DNA of 64,000 nt from Bacteroidia bacterium. Lineage in GTDB: Bacteria; Bacteroidota; Bacteroidia; JADZBD01. Where the stretch lies: assembly GCA_020852255.1 (NCBI GenBank), contig JADZBD010000002.1, positions 83,307 through 147,306 on the forward strand, given 5' to 3'. Within the stretch, counting starts at the first letter, position 1. Every line of letters starts with the position of its first letter. Both the position numbers and the translations under genes were made by a program. Shown here one piece after another: positions 19,856 through 29,282 of this stretch. Under the pieces are notes generated by a model that saw nothing but the letters and a program-made list of their open reading frames with translations, ran no database searches and had not been told where the DNA came from.

Positions 19856-21112
19856 ATGAAGGTTTTGTACAATCTGGGTATTTTTCTCTATACCTGCGCC
19901 ATCCGGATCGCCGCACTGTTTAATGAAAAGGCTGCTCAATGGCAGCGCGGGCGGAAACACCTGTGGGAGGAACTTGAACAGAAACTAAACGGAGGAACAT
20001 TCCGGTCGGCGGAGGAGCGCATTTGGATTCACTGTGCTTCCCTTGGAGAATTCGAGCAGGGGCGTCCGCTCATTGAGCGCATCCGAAAGGAACAACCCAA
20101 AGCAGGAATCCTCCTCACTTTTTTTTCACCCTCGGGGTATGAGATCCGCAAAAATTATCCGGGAGTTGACATCATCTCCTACTTACCGGCGGATTTTCCG
20201 GGTAACGCAAGACGATTTCTTGACATTACGGTACCCACCAAGGTTATTTTTGTGAAATATGAATTTTGGTTCAACTTTCTGGGAGAGCTGGCCCGGCGCA
20301 AGATCCCTCACTTTCTGATCTCCGGCATTTTTCGGACGGATCAGGTGTTTTTCAAATGGTACGGTGGTTGGTTTCGGGAATTTCTCAAGAAATATGACCG
20401 GATTTTTTTGCAGAATGACGAATCCGCCTCCCTACTCAATACCATCGGCATTCTTTCGCATGAGGTGAGTGGTGACACGCGTTTTGACCGCGTGAACACT
20501 CTGGCGGCCGATCCGGCAGGAGAATCTGTTTCGGAAGTCTTTTCAAAAAACCGCAGCGTGATGGTATGCGGGAGCACCTGGCCCGCAGACGAAGAGTTGC
20601 TGGCCCGCTGGTGTGAGACCGGCGACAAGAAAGACTTCTGTTTAATTCTTGCACCTCACGAGACCGGCCCGGCTCACCTGGACGGAATACTCAGGAGGTT
20701 TGCTTCCCTTCGTCCGAGCCTGCATTCCGCGGTTAAAAACAATTCTGTTCCGGAAGACTGCCGAATGTTAGTGATTGATCACATTGGCTCACTCTCCAAA
20801 CTATACCGATACGGGCACGTATGCTATGTTGGAGGCGGGTTCGGTTCCGGAATCCACAATTTACTGGAGGCCGCCGTTTACGGAAAACCGGTTTTTTTCG
20901 GACCACAGCATCATAAATTCAATGAAGCGCTAGAGCTCATGCGTGCGGGGGGCGGTTTCTGTATAACCGATGCAAAGGATCTGGAAATGAAAATAAACTT
21001 TCTCTTCAGTGATCCCATGCTTCTTCGAATGGCTTCGATGACAAGCAGAGAATACGTAGTTCGCCGAACCGGAGCTACCGAACGCCTCTACACCGCTATT
21101 TTTACGCCTTAG
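19856..21112 (+). CDS. waaA: 3-deoxy-D-manno-octulosonic acid (Kdo) transferase
   Basis: 418 aa. N-terminal …IWIHCASLGEFEQGRPLIERI…LLTFFSPSGYE… characteristic of KdtA/WaaA. C-terminal GT-B fold. Confidence 0.85.
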   Translation: MKVLYNLGIFLYTCAIRIAALFNEKAAQWQRGRKHLWEELEQKLNGGTFRSAEERIWIHCASLGEFEQGRPLIERIRKEQPKAGILLTFFSPSGYEIRKNYPGVDIISYLPADFPGNARRFLDITVPTKVIFVKYEFWFNFLGELARRKIPHFLISGIFRTDQVFFKWYGGWFREFLKKYDRIFLQNDESASLLNTIGILSHEVSGDTRFDRVNTLAADPAGESVSEVFSKNRSVMVCGSTWPADEELLARWCETGDKKDFCLILAPHETGPAHLDGILRRFASLRPSLHSAVKNNSVPEDCRMLVIDHIGSLSKLYRYGHVCYVGGGFGSGIHNLLEAAVYGKPVFFGPQHHKFNEALELMRAGGGFCITDAKDLEMKINFLFSDPMLLRMASMTSREYVVRRTGATERLYTAIFTP

Positions 21113-22200
21113 TCTTTCTTTACCAGGGTTCTCCGGAAGACTCCTTCCGGTGTGCTGATTGTCAGCAGATAGGTGCCCTGTAACAAAGAAGAAGTAGAAA
21201 GCTCAGTTACACCGGCTCCGGCTATTCCCTCAAGCACTGTTCTTCCAGTGATATCCGTGAGAATGAAACCTGCTCCCGGAAACACGGACAGGTTCAGGAA
21301 CAACACGTCGCGAAAAGGATTCGGATAAACAGAATTAGCTGAAAAATATTCACCTGGGATTCCTGTTGAGCTAACATTGTAGCTGATAATCACGATTCCG
21401 TTTCCGGTCTGGTAACCCTGTGTATGGACTACCTGCGTTACATTCGTTCCAGTGTAACTGGATCCGCCGCCGCCGCCGCCGAAGCAAGAACCACCCCCAC
21501 CGTAATATCCGCCGCCGCCGCCACCGCCGCCTGCACAATCGCCGGAACCATTACCTCCTACGCCCAGAGCGCCTCCGGTAGTATATTGTGGACACGAGCA
21601 ACAGGCGATACCTCCGGCACCACCGACCGACTGTGTTCCTCCGCCACCTGCTGACTGGGGCCAGGAAGGCCATATAACACCATCGCCTCCGATGAGACCA
21701 CCACCTGCACCCCCGGCGTAGGTTTGATTTCCGGAAACATATCCGCCGGCGCCTCCGCCACCTCCTGCCACCACGATTCTGTCGCTCAGTGTTGTGCCAT
21801 TAAACCGTATATCCGTTCCACCACCTCCGGTACCTGCCGTACCGCATGAAGTATAAGAATACACACCACCTCCGCCATCAAAAGCAGAAGCCGGCTGACT
21901 GAGTGAATTGATACCGGCCCCTCCCACATAAATATTTAAAATGTCACCGGGGTTCACACTTATCAATGCCTGAACCCTTCCGCCCAGGCCTCCCGGTGCC
22001 GGACCATTATCCGCTCCTTGCCCACCGAACGCATCCACAGAAAGAAGATAGACATTGGCTGGAACCACAAAGGTCTGGACACTGCCCGTGTAGTTAAATG
22101 TAAGTGTGGTTTGCGCAAACAGCGCTACGGACAATATCCAGGCGGACAGGAGTGTGATGTGATGTTTCATAGAACAGATTGTTTCCGCAAAGGTACGCAA
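21109..22200 (-). CDS. glycine-rich secreted protein with T9SS C-terminal sorting domain
   Basis: 363 aa. Signal peptide. Long GGxGG/GGGGGAGGY glycine-rich core (resembles the bacterial/ALK-type 'Gly_rich' domain). C-terminal about 80 aa …YPNPFRDVLFLNLSV…ILTDITGRTVLE…GTYLLTISTPEGVFRRTLVKKD matches the Por-secretion CTD (TIGR04183-like). Confidence 0.7.
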   Translation of the reverse strand: MRTFAETICSMKHHITLLSAWILSVALFAQTTLTFNYTGSVQTFVVPANVYLLSVDAFGGQGADNGPAPGGLGGRVQALISVNPGDILNIYVGGAGINSLSQPASAFDGGGGVYSYTSCGTAGTGGGGTDIRFNGTTLSDRIVVAGGGGGAGGYVSGNQTYAGGAGGGLIGGDGVIWPSWPQSAGGGGTQSVGGAGGIACCSCPQYTTGGALGVGGNGSGDCAGGGGGGGGYYGGGGSCFGGGGGGSSYTGTNVTQVVHTQGYQTGNGIVIISYNVSSTGIPGEYFSANSVYPNPFRDVLFLNLSVFPGAGFILTDITGRTVLEGIAGAGVTELSTSSLLQGTYLLTISTPEGVFRRTLVKKD

Positions 22201-22875
22201 CTATTTACTTATGCCCTGCAATGCCTGCCATAGTGCGTCAGCAGGAGGTGGGGCGGTAATTTCCAGCATTTCCCGTTTTACGGGGTGAAGAAATACCGTC
22301 TTTCTGGAATGCAGATGAATAGACCGGTCCTCATTCGCACGCCGTGCACCATACTTAACATCTCCTTTAATGGGAAAGCCTGCAGCACTGAGCTGCGCCC
22401 TGATCTGGTGATGCCGTCCGGTCATCAGGTTTACCTCCAGCAGGTGGTAATGATCCGATGAAGTGACCCGGTGGAATTTAAGCTCAGCACGCAGGCTGCC
22501 CTGCACTTCCTTTTCGTATGCCCTGCTTATATTCTTTTCCTGATTTTTCCGGAGATAGTGAATGAGATGCCCCTCCGGAGGAGGATCGCCGCTGACCACT
22601 GCCCAATAGGTTTTCTCAATTTCCCTGTTCCGTAACATTTCGTTTAAACGGGCCAGCGCTTTGGAAGTTTTCGCAAAAATCACAACACCGCTCACCGGGC
22701 GATCCAGACGATGAGCCACTCCAACAAAAACATTTCCTGGTTTTCCGTATTTATCTTTCAGAAACTGCTTCAGTTTTTCCGAAAGGGGAACATCACCGGT
22801 TTTATCTCCCTGAACTATTTCTCCAGGGCACTTATTAAGAATAATGAGGTGATTGTCTTCGTAAAGGATCTCCAT
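22201..22875 (-). CDS. RluA-family pseudouridine synthase
   Basis: 224 aa. Catalytic HRLDRPVSGVVIFAKT motif. Confidence 0.85.
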   Translation of the reverse strand: MEILYEDNHLIILNKCPGEIVQGDKTGDVPLSEKLKQFLKDKYGKPGNVFVGVAHRLDRPVSGVVIFAKTSKALARLNEMLRNREIEKTYWAVVSGDPPPEGHLIHYLRKNQEKNISRAYEKEVQGSLRAELKFHRVTSSDHYHLLEVNLMTGRHHQIRAQLSAAGFPIKGDVKYGARRANEDRSIHLHSRKTVFLHPVKREMLEITAPPPADALWQALQGISK

Positions 22876-22888
22876 ATCGTCCGGAGCC

Positions 22889-23710
22889 TCAGTACTGCTC
22901 GTTCTTGTTAGGAAAATCCTTACGTTTCACATCCTTTATATAACTTTCAACGGCTCCTTTTATTTCATCAAAAAGATTCAGATAACGGCGGAGAAAGCGC
23001 GGAGAAAATTCATAAGTAAGTCCAAGCATATCATGAGTCACCAGTACCTGACCATCCACCTGTCCTCCCGCTCCGATCCCGATCACAGGAATAGCAAGTT
23101 CCTTTGCCACTTTACCGGCGAGTGCCGCAGGGATCTTTTCAAGTACCAGTGCAAAACAACCTGCGTTTTCCAGGACATGTGCATCCTCCATCAGTCTTTT
23201 TGCTTCTGCCTTTTCGCGCGCCCGCACAGTATAGGTACCGAACTTATAAATAGACTGCGGGGTAAGTCCCAGATGGCCCATCACCGGTATACCGGCAGAG
23301 AGAATCCGTTCAACACTTTCGACCACCTCTGCGCCACCTTCCAGCTTTACCGCATGAGCCCCGGTCTCTTTCATCAGCCGGACAGCTGAATTGAGTGCTT
23401 CCTTGGAATTTCCCTGGTAAGTTCCGAATGGAAGATCCACTACAATCAGAGAACGGGTGACTGCTTTCACCACACCCGCCGCATGCGAAACCATCTCATC
23501 GAGGGTGATCGGCAGGGTCGTCTCGTGGCCATGCATTACATTGGAGGCACTATCGCCCACCAAAATCACATCAATGCCTGCAGCATCCAGAATACGTGCC
23601 ATTGTAAAATCATAGGCCGTAAGCATGGAGATTTTCTCCCCGCTGCGTTTCATTTCCTGCAGAACGTGGGTCGTAATGCGCTTTGCTTCTTTTTTCTTTA
23701 CGGCTGACAT
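22889..23710 (-). CDS. panB: 3-methyl-2-oxobutanoate hydroxymethyltransferase
   Basis: 273 aa. …[33 protein letters not shown]… characteristic of PanB. Confidence 0.9.
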   Translation of the reverse strand: MSAVKKKEAKRITTHVLQEMKRSGEKISMLTAYDFTMARILDAAGIDVILVGDSASNVMHGHETTLPITLDEMVSHAAGVVKAVTRSLIVVDLPFGTYQGNSKEALNSAVRLMKETGAHAVKLEGGAEVVESVERILSAGIPVMGHLGLTPQSIYKFGTYTVRAREKAEAKRLMEDAHVLENAGCFALVLEKIPAALAGKVAKELAIPVIGIGAGGQVDGQVLVTHDMLGLTYEFSPRFLRRYLNLFDEIKGAVESYIKDVKRKDFPNKNEQY

Positions 23711-23713
23711 GTA

Positions 23714-26212
23714 TTATCGGGTTATAATCAGTTTCTGCTGAAATGAGATATGCCCTCCCTCTGCTCCAACCATATAAATACCCGGAGTAAGATCTGAAAT
23801 ATTCAGCATGGCTTCCGCCCCGGTGATTATTACCCGCAGCACTTCCCTTCCCGTCATATCCCGGATGACCAGACTCATTCCGTCCACCGGAGATGCCAGG
23901 CTAACCATAATAAATTCCCCGGCCGGATTTGGATAGATCAGCAATTGATGAGGGTAGTCCGATTCCGGGAATCCGGGGGTGTATTGTAAATTGATGGCGT
24001 TCAGAAATGCGTGAACTCTTCCTGAAATAGCTGTATGCAATCCGCCGGTATAAAGTATGTTGTTTTCCTTGATATAACACAGCGGGGCTCTGTTCAGTCC
24101 GGGGTTCAGCGGCAGAAGAGTGCCAGTGGCTGAGGTCACCAGAGCCATATGGTCGCGGTCTTGTCCTCCCACTAAGGTAAAGTCACCCCCTATCACCACC
24201 GTAGACGGATCAATTTGCTGAACGGATCGCACATAATTCGAGGGGTTGGGATTAAAGGAACTGACCGCAGCGGAATACGGATCCATCATGCCCGCATTGC
24301 TTCTGGGTTGGGAACCTAATGTGCTGAACCAGCCGCCCAGGTAAAGACGGGAACCATCTACATCCAGATCATAGATACCATCATTCACCGCTGCGTTAAA
24401 AGAAGTAATACAATATCCGCCGAGTGTATCTACAACGGCAAGATGATTTTTCTGAAAACCTCCGATGCTTGTATAATATCCTCCTACCCATATCCTGTCT
24501 GAACCCGCTTCTATAGAATTGACCGTACCGTTGGGATCAGGATGCCAGTTCTCCAATTGGCCTGTCACAATATTTACGCAACCCATGTTCGTACGGGGGA
24601 TATTATTCACGGTGGAAAACAATCCGCCGAAATACATCTTATTTCCAATGTATGTAACTGTTCGCACAAGCCCGTTAGCATTTGCAACAAAGGGCATCAC
24701 AGAATTCGTATTCAGATCAATCCCTCCCACACCCATACGCGGTTGTCCGCCCAGTGCAAGAAAATTACCGCCAACCAGAAGTTTGCCAGTGCCGGTAAGC
24801 ACCATAGAAGAGACATACCGGTCGGCTCCGATATTAAAACTCCCTGCGGTTTTAGTAGTCAGATCAATAGCGGCGATATTGTTTCTTTCCACACCGTCGC
24901 GGCAGACAAACTCTCCTCCGAGATATAGAAGCGAATCGCTTAGCGCCAGGCATCGCACCGGATCTGACACATTAAATTGGAGATTTTTTATTGCTCCCAG
25001 AGAATCTGTCTGAGCGAAATGTCGTCGTGGCTGGCCATTAACAAGAGTAAAATTTCCGCCAATAAAAATATCACCATTCCGTTTTGACCAGTTCAGGCTG
25101 TTGACAGGGCCGTTGGTTTGAATATTAAGTGAAGTCACCGACCCGTCCGTAGTACTCACTTCGGCTATATTGATTCTAGGTTGCCCTCCCACGAGCGAAA
25201 AAAATCCACCGAAGAGAATCGTGGTATCCATGAACATGCGCTCATTATATTCCTGGTGGTCGCCGATTCGCGCGGGAGGCGGAGGTCCTGTACTTCCGTA
25301 CTTTACTACATATCCTTCCTTACCGATGGTATAAACAGGGCCGTTTACACCCGGATTAAAACCTGTGTCAATGGAGTCTGCCCCGGCGATATATTTTACC
25401 AAATACTTGCGCTGCTGATTGTCAACGGTGGTAAAAGCCCCTCCGATAAATAATTCCCCGTAAGCATAATATAAGGCCTCCACGGAGGCATTGAACGCAT
25501 TATTGAAAACTTTAAGTGTCTCCGCTACATACACGGCACCGTTAACCTGGTTAAATTCTGCCAGCCGCAGCTTCGAATATCCGTTGACCAATGTAAAATC
25601 ACCGCCGACGTAAACAGTACTTCTTCCTTTACCTGTAATACACCGGACTCTTCCGTTAAGTACTGGATCCCAGTTAATATAAGGAGCACCGTTATAGGGG
25701 TTGAGTACCGCCAAATGGTGTCGTGTCTCTCCACCGATGATGGTGAAATCTCCGCCAACATACACTTCCGGTCTGGGAATGCCTGAGGAGGCATTGGAGG
25801 GCACTACCCATATGGCATAAACCGCTCCGTCCGGTGACGGATTAAAACCCGGATAAAGATGCCCTGATTTGGAAATATGTGCGAGATTCTTCCGGGGTTG
25901 TCCTCCCACCAGTGTAAAATCCCCACCAATAAACCATCCACCCCATGTATCCGGGAAAACGGCGTATACAGGACCATCCACTTCGGGAAATCCGTAAAAG
26001 ACCGGCACCCCATTGACGGTATCCACTGCCATTCCATACCCAAGTGCTTTCCCCACATAATTAAAATCCCCGCCTATGATAAGGTCATTATTGTACCGAA
26101 CCATGGAATGAACAGGTCCGTTGGGGACCCACATGGCGGTATCGTACAGCAATTGGCCGATGGAATTGATCTGAATTCCCAGGCTTGCCAGAGCTACAAA
26201 AATTAAACGCAT
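23714..26212 (-). CDS. repeat-rich beta-propeller protein (delta-60 / Kelch-like GGDFT…GGQPR repeats) with T9SS C-terminal sorting domain
   Basis: 832 aa. Signal peptide. At least 12 tandem units of about 45-50 aa of the form (I/V)GG(D/N/E)F(T)x(V/I)(G/N)GxxRxx(L/I)A. C-terminus …LIYPNPAGEFIMVSL…VIRDMTGREVL…GIYMVGAEGGHISFQQKLIITR is a T9SS CTD. Confidence 0.7.
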   Translation of the reverse strand: MRLIFVALASLGIQINSIGQLLYDTAMWVPNGPVHSMVRYNNDLIIGGDFNYVGKALGYGMAVDTVNGVPVFYGFPEVDGPVYAVFPDTWGGWFIGGDFTLVGGQPRKNLAHISKSGHLYPGFNPSPDGAVYAIWVVPSNASSGIPRPEVYVGGDFTIIGGETRHHLAVLNPYNGAPYINWDPVLNGRVRCITGKGRSTVYVGGDFTLVNGYSKLRLAEFNQVNGAVYVAETLKVFNNAFNASVEALYYAYGELFIGGAFTTVDNQQRKYLVKYIAGADSIDTGFNPGVNGPVYTIGKEGYVVKYGSTGPPPPARIGDHQEYNERMFMDTTILFGGFFSLVGGQPRINIAEVSTTDGSVTSLNIQTNGPVNSLNWSKRNGDIFIGGNFTLVNGQPRRHFAQTDSLGAIKNLQFNVSDPVRCLALSDSLLYLGGEFVCRDGVERNNIAAIDLTTKTAGSFNIGADRYVSSMVLTGTGKLLVGGNFLALGGQPRMGVGGIDLNTNSVMPFVANANGLVRTVTYIGNKMYFGGLFSTVNNIPRTNMGCVNIVTGQLENWHPDPNGTVNSIEAGSDRIWVGGYYTSIGGFQKNHLAVVDTLGGYCITSFNAAVNDGIYDLDVDGSRLYLGGWFSTLGSQPRSNAGMMDPYSAAVSSFNPNPSNYVRSVQQIDPSTVVIGGDFTLVGGQDRDHMALVTSATGTLLPLNPGLNRAPLCYIKENNILYTGGLHTAISGRVHAFLNAINLQYTPGFPESDYPHQLLIYPNPAGEFIMVSLASPVDGMSLVIRDMTGREVLRVIITGAEAMLNISDLTPGIYMVGAEGGHISFQQKLIITR

Positions 26213-26272
26213 TTGCCGAAAGAAAAGTTGAGGGATGCTTTAAGGCAAAGATAAGAATAAGACTGAGCGGTG

Positions 26273-26902
26273 CTACTTGAACAGACCGTGAACTTCAGCG
26301 TCTATCTTATTGATAATGACGCCCAAATCTTCCTTTTTTTCCGAAAAATTGTTGTCGTCAATGTCAATAAAGAGAATTCTTGCCCCCTTGTTCTCCTGCT
26401 CATAGGTAGTGATCCAGGCCTCATAGCGCTCGTTGAGTCGCTTGAGGTAATCAATACGAATGGCATTTTCGTAATCCCGACCCCTTTTCTGGATATTATT
26501 GACGAGGTTGGGTACGGTTGCTCTCAGGTATATCAGCAGATCCGGGGGGGTGATGAATGATTCCATGACTTTGAAAAGACTGAAATAACTCTCAAAATCA
26601 CGTGTAGTCATAAGACCCATGCTGTGCAGGTTAGGCGCAAAAATGTAGGCATCTTCATAAATAGTCCGATCCTGGATCACCGTTTTTTTACTCTTCTTAA
26701 TGGCCTGCATCTGGGCGAAACGGCTATTCAGAAAGTACACCTGAAGGTTAAAGGACCAACGCTGCATGTCCTCATAAAAATCATTCAGGTATGGATTATC
26801 GTCGGCATCTTCGAAATGCGGTGTCCAGTTATAATGTTTTGCCAGGAGAGTGGTAAGGGTTGTTTTACCGGATCCGATATTACCTGCAACAGCTACATGC
26901 AT
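26273..26902 (-). CDS. deoxynucleoside kinase
   Basis: 209 aa. P-loop VAGNIGSGKTTL. Full-length similarity to the dAK/dGK/dCK family (…NPYLNDFYEDMQRWSFNLQVYFLNSRF…). Confidence 0.85.
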   Translation of the reverse strand: MHVAVAGNIGSGKTTLTTLLAKHYNWTPHFEDADDNPYLNDFYEDMQRWSFNLQVYFLNSRFAQMQAIKKSKKTVIQDRTIYEDAYIFAPNLHSMGLMTTRDFESYFSLFKVMESFITPPDLLIYLRATVPNLVNNIQKRGRDYENAIRIDYLKRLNERYEAWITTYEQENKGARILFIDIDDNNFSEKKEDLGVIINKIDAEVHGLFK

Positions 26903-26977
26903 AATTCAAGTGGTTGAGCGGACTAAAGTACAAAATCCCGCTTGCCTTGCAAGTCAGGTGTTAATAACTATGCCTCT

Positions 26978-27775
26978 TCATTTTTGATAATAAATACCCA
27001 CGCCGCGGGGCTCCATCAATACCAGTTTTTCCGCGGATATACCGAAGGAGGAGACGGAGTCAGCAGGGAGCTTCATTTCACCTGTTTCCAGGGTATGAAT
27101 ATTCTTCCAGAATAATGAATCACCCGTCTGATTTAATGAATACATGCGGCCGGCGGAAAACTCCACTGCTCGGCGTCCCGGGAGAGCAGGTACCGAGCGG
27201 GCCGGTGTGCCAAACCGGTCGAATAATTCGGCAGAGCCGTCCTTAAAAATAATGATGAGCCATTGATCTCTGTCCAGCATCCTTTGCACCGTTCGTTCAC
27301 CGAAGAGCTCCGATAACTGCGGAGAAACCACCAGTTCTTTTCCATCGAAACTCAAGCGCTCAATAAAGCCGCGTCCGCCGTCATAGACCCAGAATCCGGA
27401 TTCTCCGGATAAACAAACCGCATGGGGATCAATGATGCCAAAATTCTTCATATCCAGAGGAGCTCCTACGGGAGTTAAGGTATTATCCAGTACAACAATT
27501 CGCCGGGTTGCAGGATAGAAGAGCAATACCCGATGACCACCCTTTACATCCACGGAGAGGGGATCACCCATGGCTTTTTCCGAATAGGTGTACATTTCCA
27601 ACCCCGTTGCGTCCCATTTTGTGAGTTGCTCATCGCGCAGGGTATAAATATTTCCCGCTGCATCCAGAGCCATTCCGGAAAATTTTCCACTGATCCATGT
27701 CTGGACAGAAACGGCGCAAATCAGTGCGGTCATTGCCAGGGGGAGCAGGATCCGAAAAAAGGGTTTACCAGGCAT
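26978..27775 (-). CDS. secreted hypothetical protein
   Basis: Start chosen at MPGKPFFRILLPLAMTALICAVSVQ (signal peptide) within the 288-aa track ORF. No recognisable motifs. Overlaps the GH3-family gene's 3' end by 11 nt. Confidence 0.5.
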   Translation of the reverse strand: MPGKPFFRILLPLAMTALICAVSVQTWISGKFSGMALDAAGNIYTLRDEQLTKWDATGLEMYTYSEKAMGDPLSVDVKGGHRVLLFYPATRRIVVLDNTLTPVGAPLDMKNFGIIDPHAVCLSGESGFWVYDGGRGFIERLSFDGKELVVSPQLSELFGERTVQRMLDRDQWLIIIFKDGSAELFDRFGTPARSVPALPGRRAVEFSAGRMYSLNQTGDSLFWKNIHTLETGEMKLPADSVSSFGISAEKLVLMEPRGVGIYYQK

Positions 27776-29282
27776 GTATGTTCTGAAGAATATCATCCAG
27801 GAATTTACGATCATTGGCCAGTCGAGGGACTTTGTTTTGCCCACCCAACCTGTTTTTGCTCTTCATCCAATCAAAGAATGTACCCTTCTTTACCGAGCGG
27901 ATAAGCGGCATCTGCAGCGTATAATCATTGAATCGCTTGGCTTCGTAATCGGAGTTAAGCGATTTCAGGGCGTTATCCAGCAGCTCAGAAAAAAGGGGAA
28001 GGGAAGGCGGTTCTTTCTCAAACTCGATGATCCATTCATGACCTCCCGTCTCGCTTCCTGTCATAAAAATAGGTCCGGCGGTAAACTCCCCTATCACAGC
28101 ACCCGTTTTCTCGCAAGCTACCGCCAGTGCTCTTTCCGCATTATCAATCATAAGTTCTTCTCCGAACGCATTGATAAAAAGCTTTGTTCTTCCCGTAATC
28201 CGGAAGCGATACGGCCGGATAGAAGTAAACTCAATCGTATCACCAAGATCATATCTCCAGAGACCGGCGGTAGTAGTGATTACCATCGAGTACGGGACAC
28301 CTGTTTGTGTCTCACCCAGCGGAATTGTTTTACCACCGGCTTTGTTCCACTGATCCTGCGGAAGAAATTCGTAGTAGATCCCGTAATCCAGCATAAGTAA
28401 AAGTTCATCGGATCCGCTTCGGTCCTGGATACCAAAGAATCCCTCCGATGCATTATACAATTCCATAAAATCGCCTTTACCGCCCATAAGTTCTTCGAAT
28501 TGCTTTCGGTAGGGAAGGAAGCTCACCCCGCCGTGAAAATACACTTCAAAAGACGGCCAGACCTCCCGGAGGCTTCGGGCATTCTTCTTTTGCAGGATGT
28601 GTTTGAGGAGCACCAGCATCCATGAAGGTACTCCCGCCAGACTTACCACATTCTCGTTCATGGTTGCTGCCGCCAGTTTCTCCAGTTTCTCATCCCAGTT
28701 GTTCATCAGGGCCACTGAAAGGTCCGGCAGGCGAAAGAACTCTGCCCAAAGGGGAAGATGGGAAATAACGATCGCACTGAGATCCCCGTGCTCTGAGCTG
28801 TGATCTGCATGAAAGAAAGTCTCTTTGCTGCCTGCCAGTGCCAGGTTCTTTCCTGTAAAAAGTTGTGTTTCCGGCCGGTTGTTGCAATAAATGGCTACCA
28901 TATCCCGCCCTCCGTTATAATGGCACCCATCCAGCGATTCCGGTGAAACCGGAATAAACTTGCTCTTATCATTCGTTGTTCCCGAAGATTTCGCGAAACA
29001 GGTGATCTCCTCCGGCCAGAGAAGGTTTTGTTCGCCTTTTCTGATCCGATCTATGTATTCACTCATGGATTCGTAGTTCTGCAGCGGCACGCGGTCCGCG
29101 TATTCCTTCCAGTTGCTGATCGAGGAGTACCCATGCTTTTTTCCCCACTCCGTGTCCCTTGCGGTGCGAAGCAGCCGCTGAAGCCACTCTTCCTGCACCT
29201 CAATAGGATACTTCATGAAAAGATCGATTTGATGCATTCGCTTACGCATCCACCAGCTGGCTATGGAATTCAGAAACGACAT
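27765..29282 (-). CDS. GH3 (auxin-responsive promoter) family acyl-adenylate-forming enzyme
   Basis: Start at MSFLNSIASWWMRKRMHQIDLFMKYP… (typical bacterial GH3-family N-terminus). …FAKSSGTTNDKSKFIPVS… adenylation motif. The ATG overlaps the polX stop (TGATG). Confidence 0.75.
   Translation of the reverse strand: MSFLNSIASWWMRKRMHQIDLFMKYPIEVQEEWLQRLLRTARDTEWGKKHGYSSISNWKEYADRVPLQNYESMSEYIDRIRKGEQNLLWPEEITCFAKSSGTTNDKSKFIPVSPESLDGCHYNGGRDMVAIYCNNRPETQLFTGKNLALAGSKETFFHADHSSEHGDLSAIVISHLPLWAEFFRLPDLSVALMNNWDEKLEKLAAATMNENVVSLAGVPSWMLVLLKHILQKKNARSLREVWPSFEVYFHGGVSFLPYRKQFEELMGGKGDFMELYNASEGFFGIQDRSGSDELLLMLDYGIYYEFLPQDQWNKAGGKTIPLGETQTGVPYSMVITTTAGLWRYDLGDTIEFTSIRPYRFRITGRTKLFINAFGEELMIDNAERALAVACEKTGAVIGEFTAGPIFMTGSETGGHEWIIEFEKEPPSLPLFSELLDNALKSLNSDYEAKRFNDYTLQMPLIRSVKKGTFFDWMKSKNRLGGQNKVPRLANDRKFLDDILQNIHAW

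Noticed and set aside
24519-25013. Plus-strand ORFs (164 and 128 aa) inside the repeat propeller gene
   Set aside because: Antisense to a CDS whose repeat structure and CTD strongly support the minus-strand reading.
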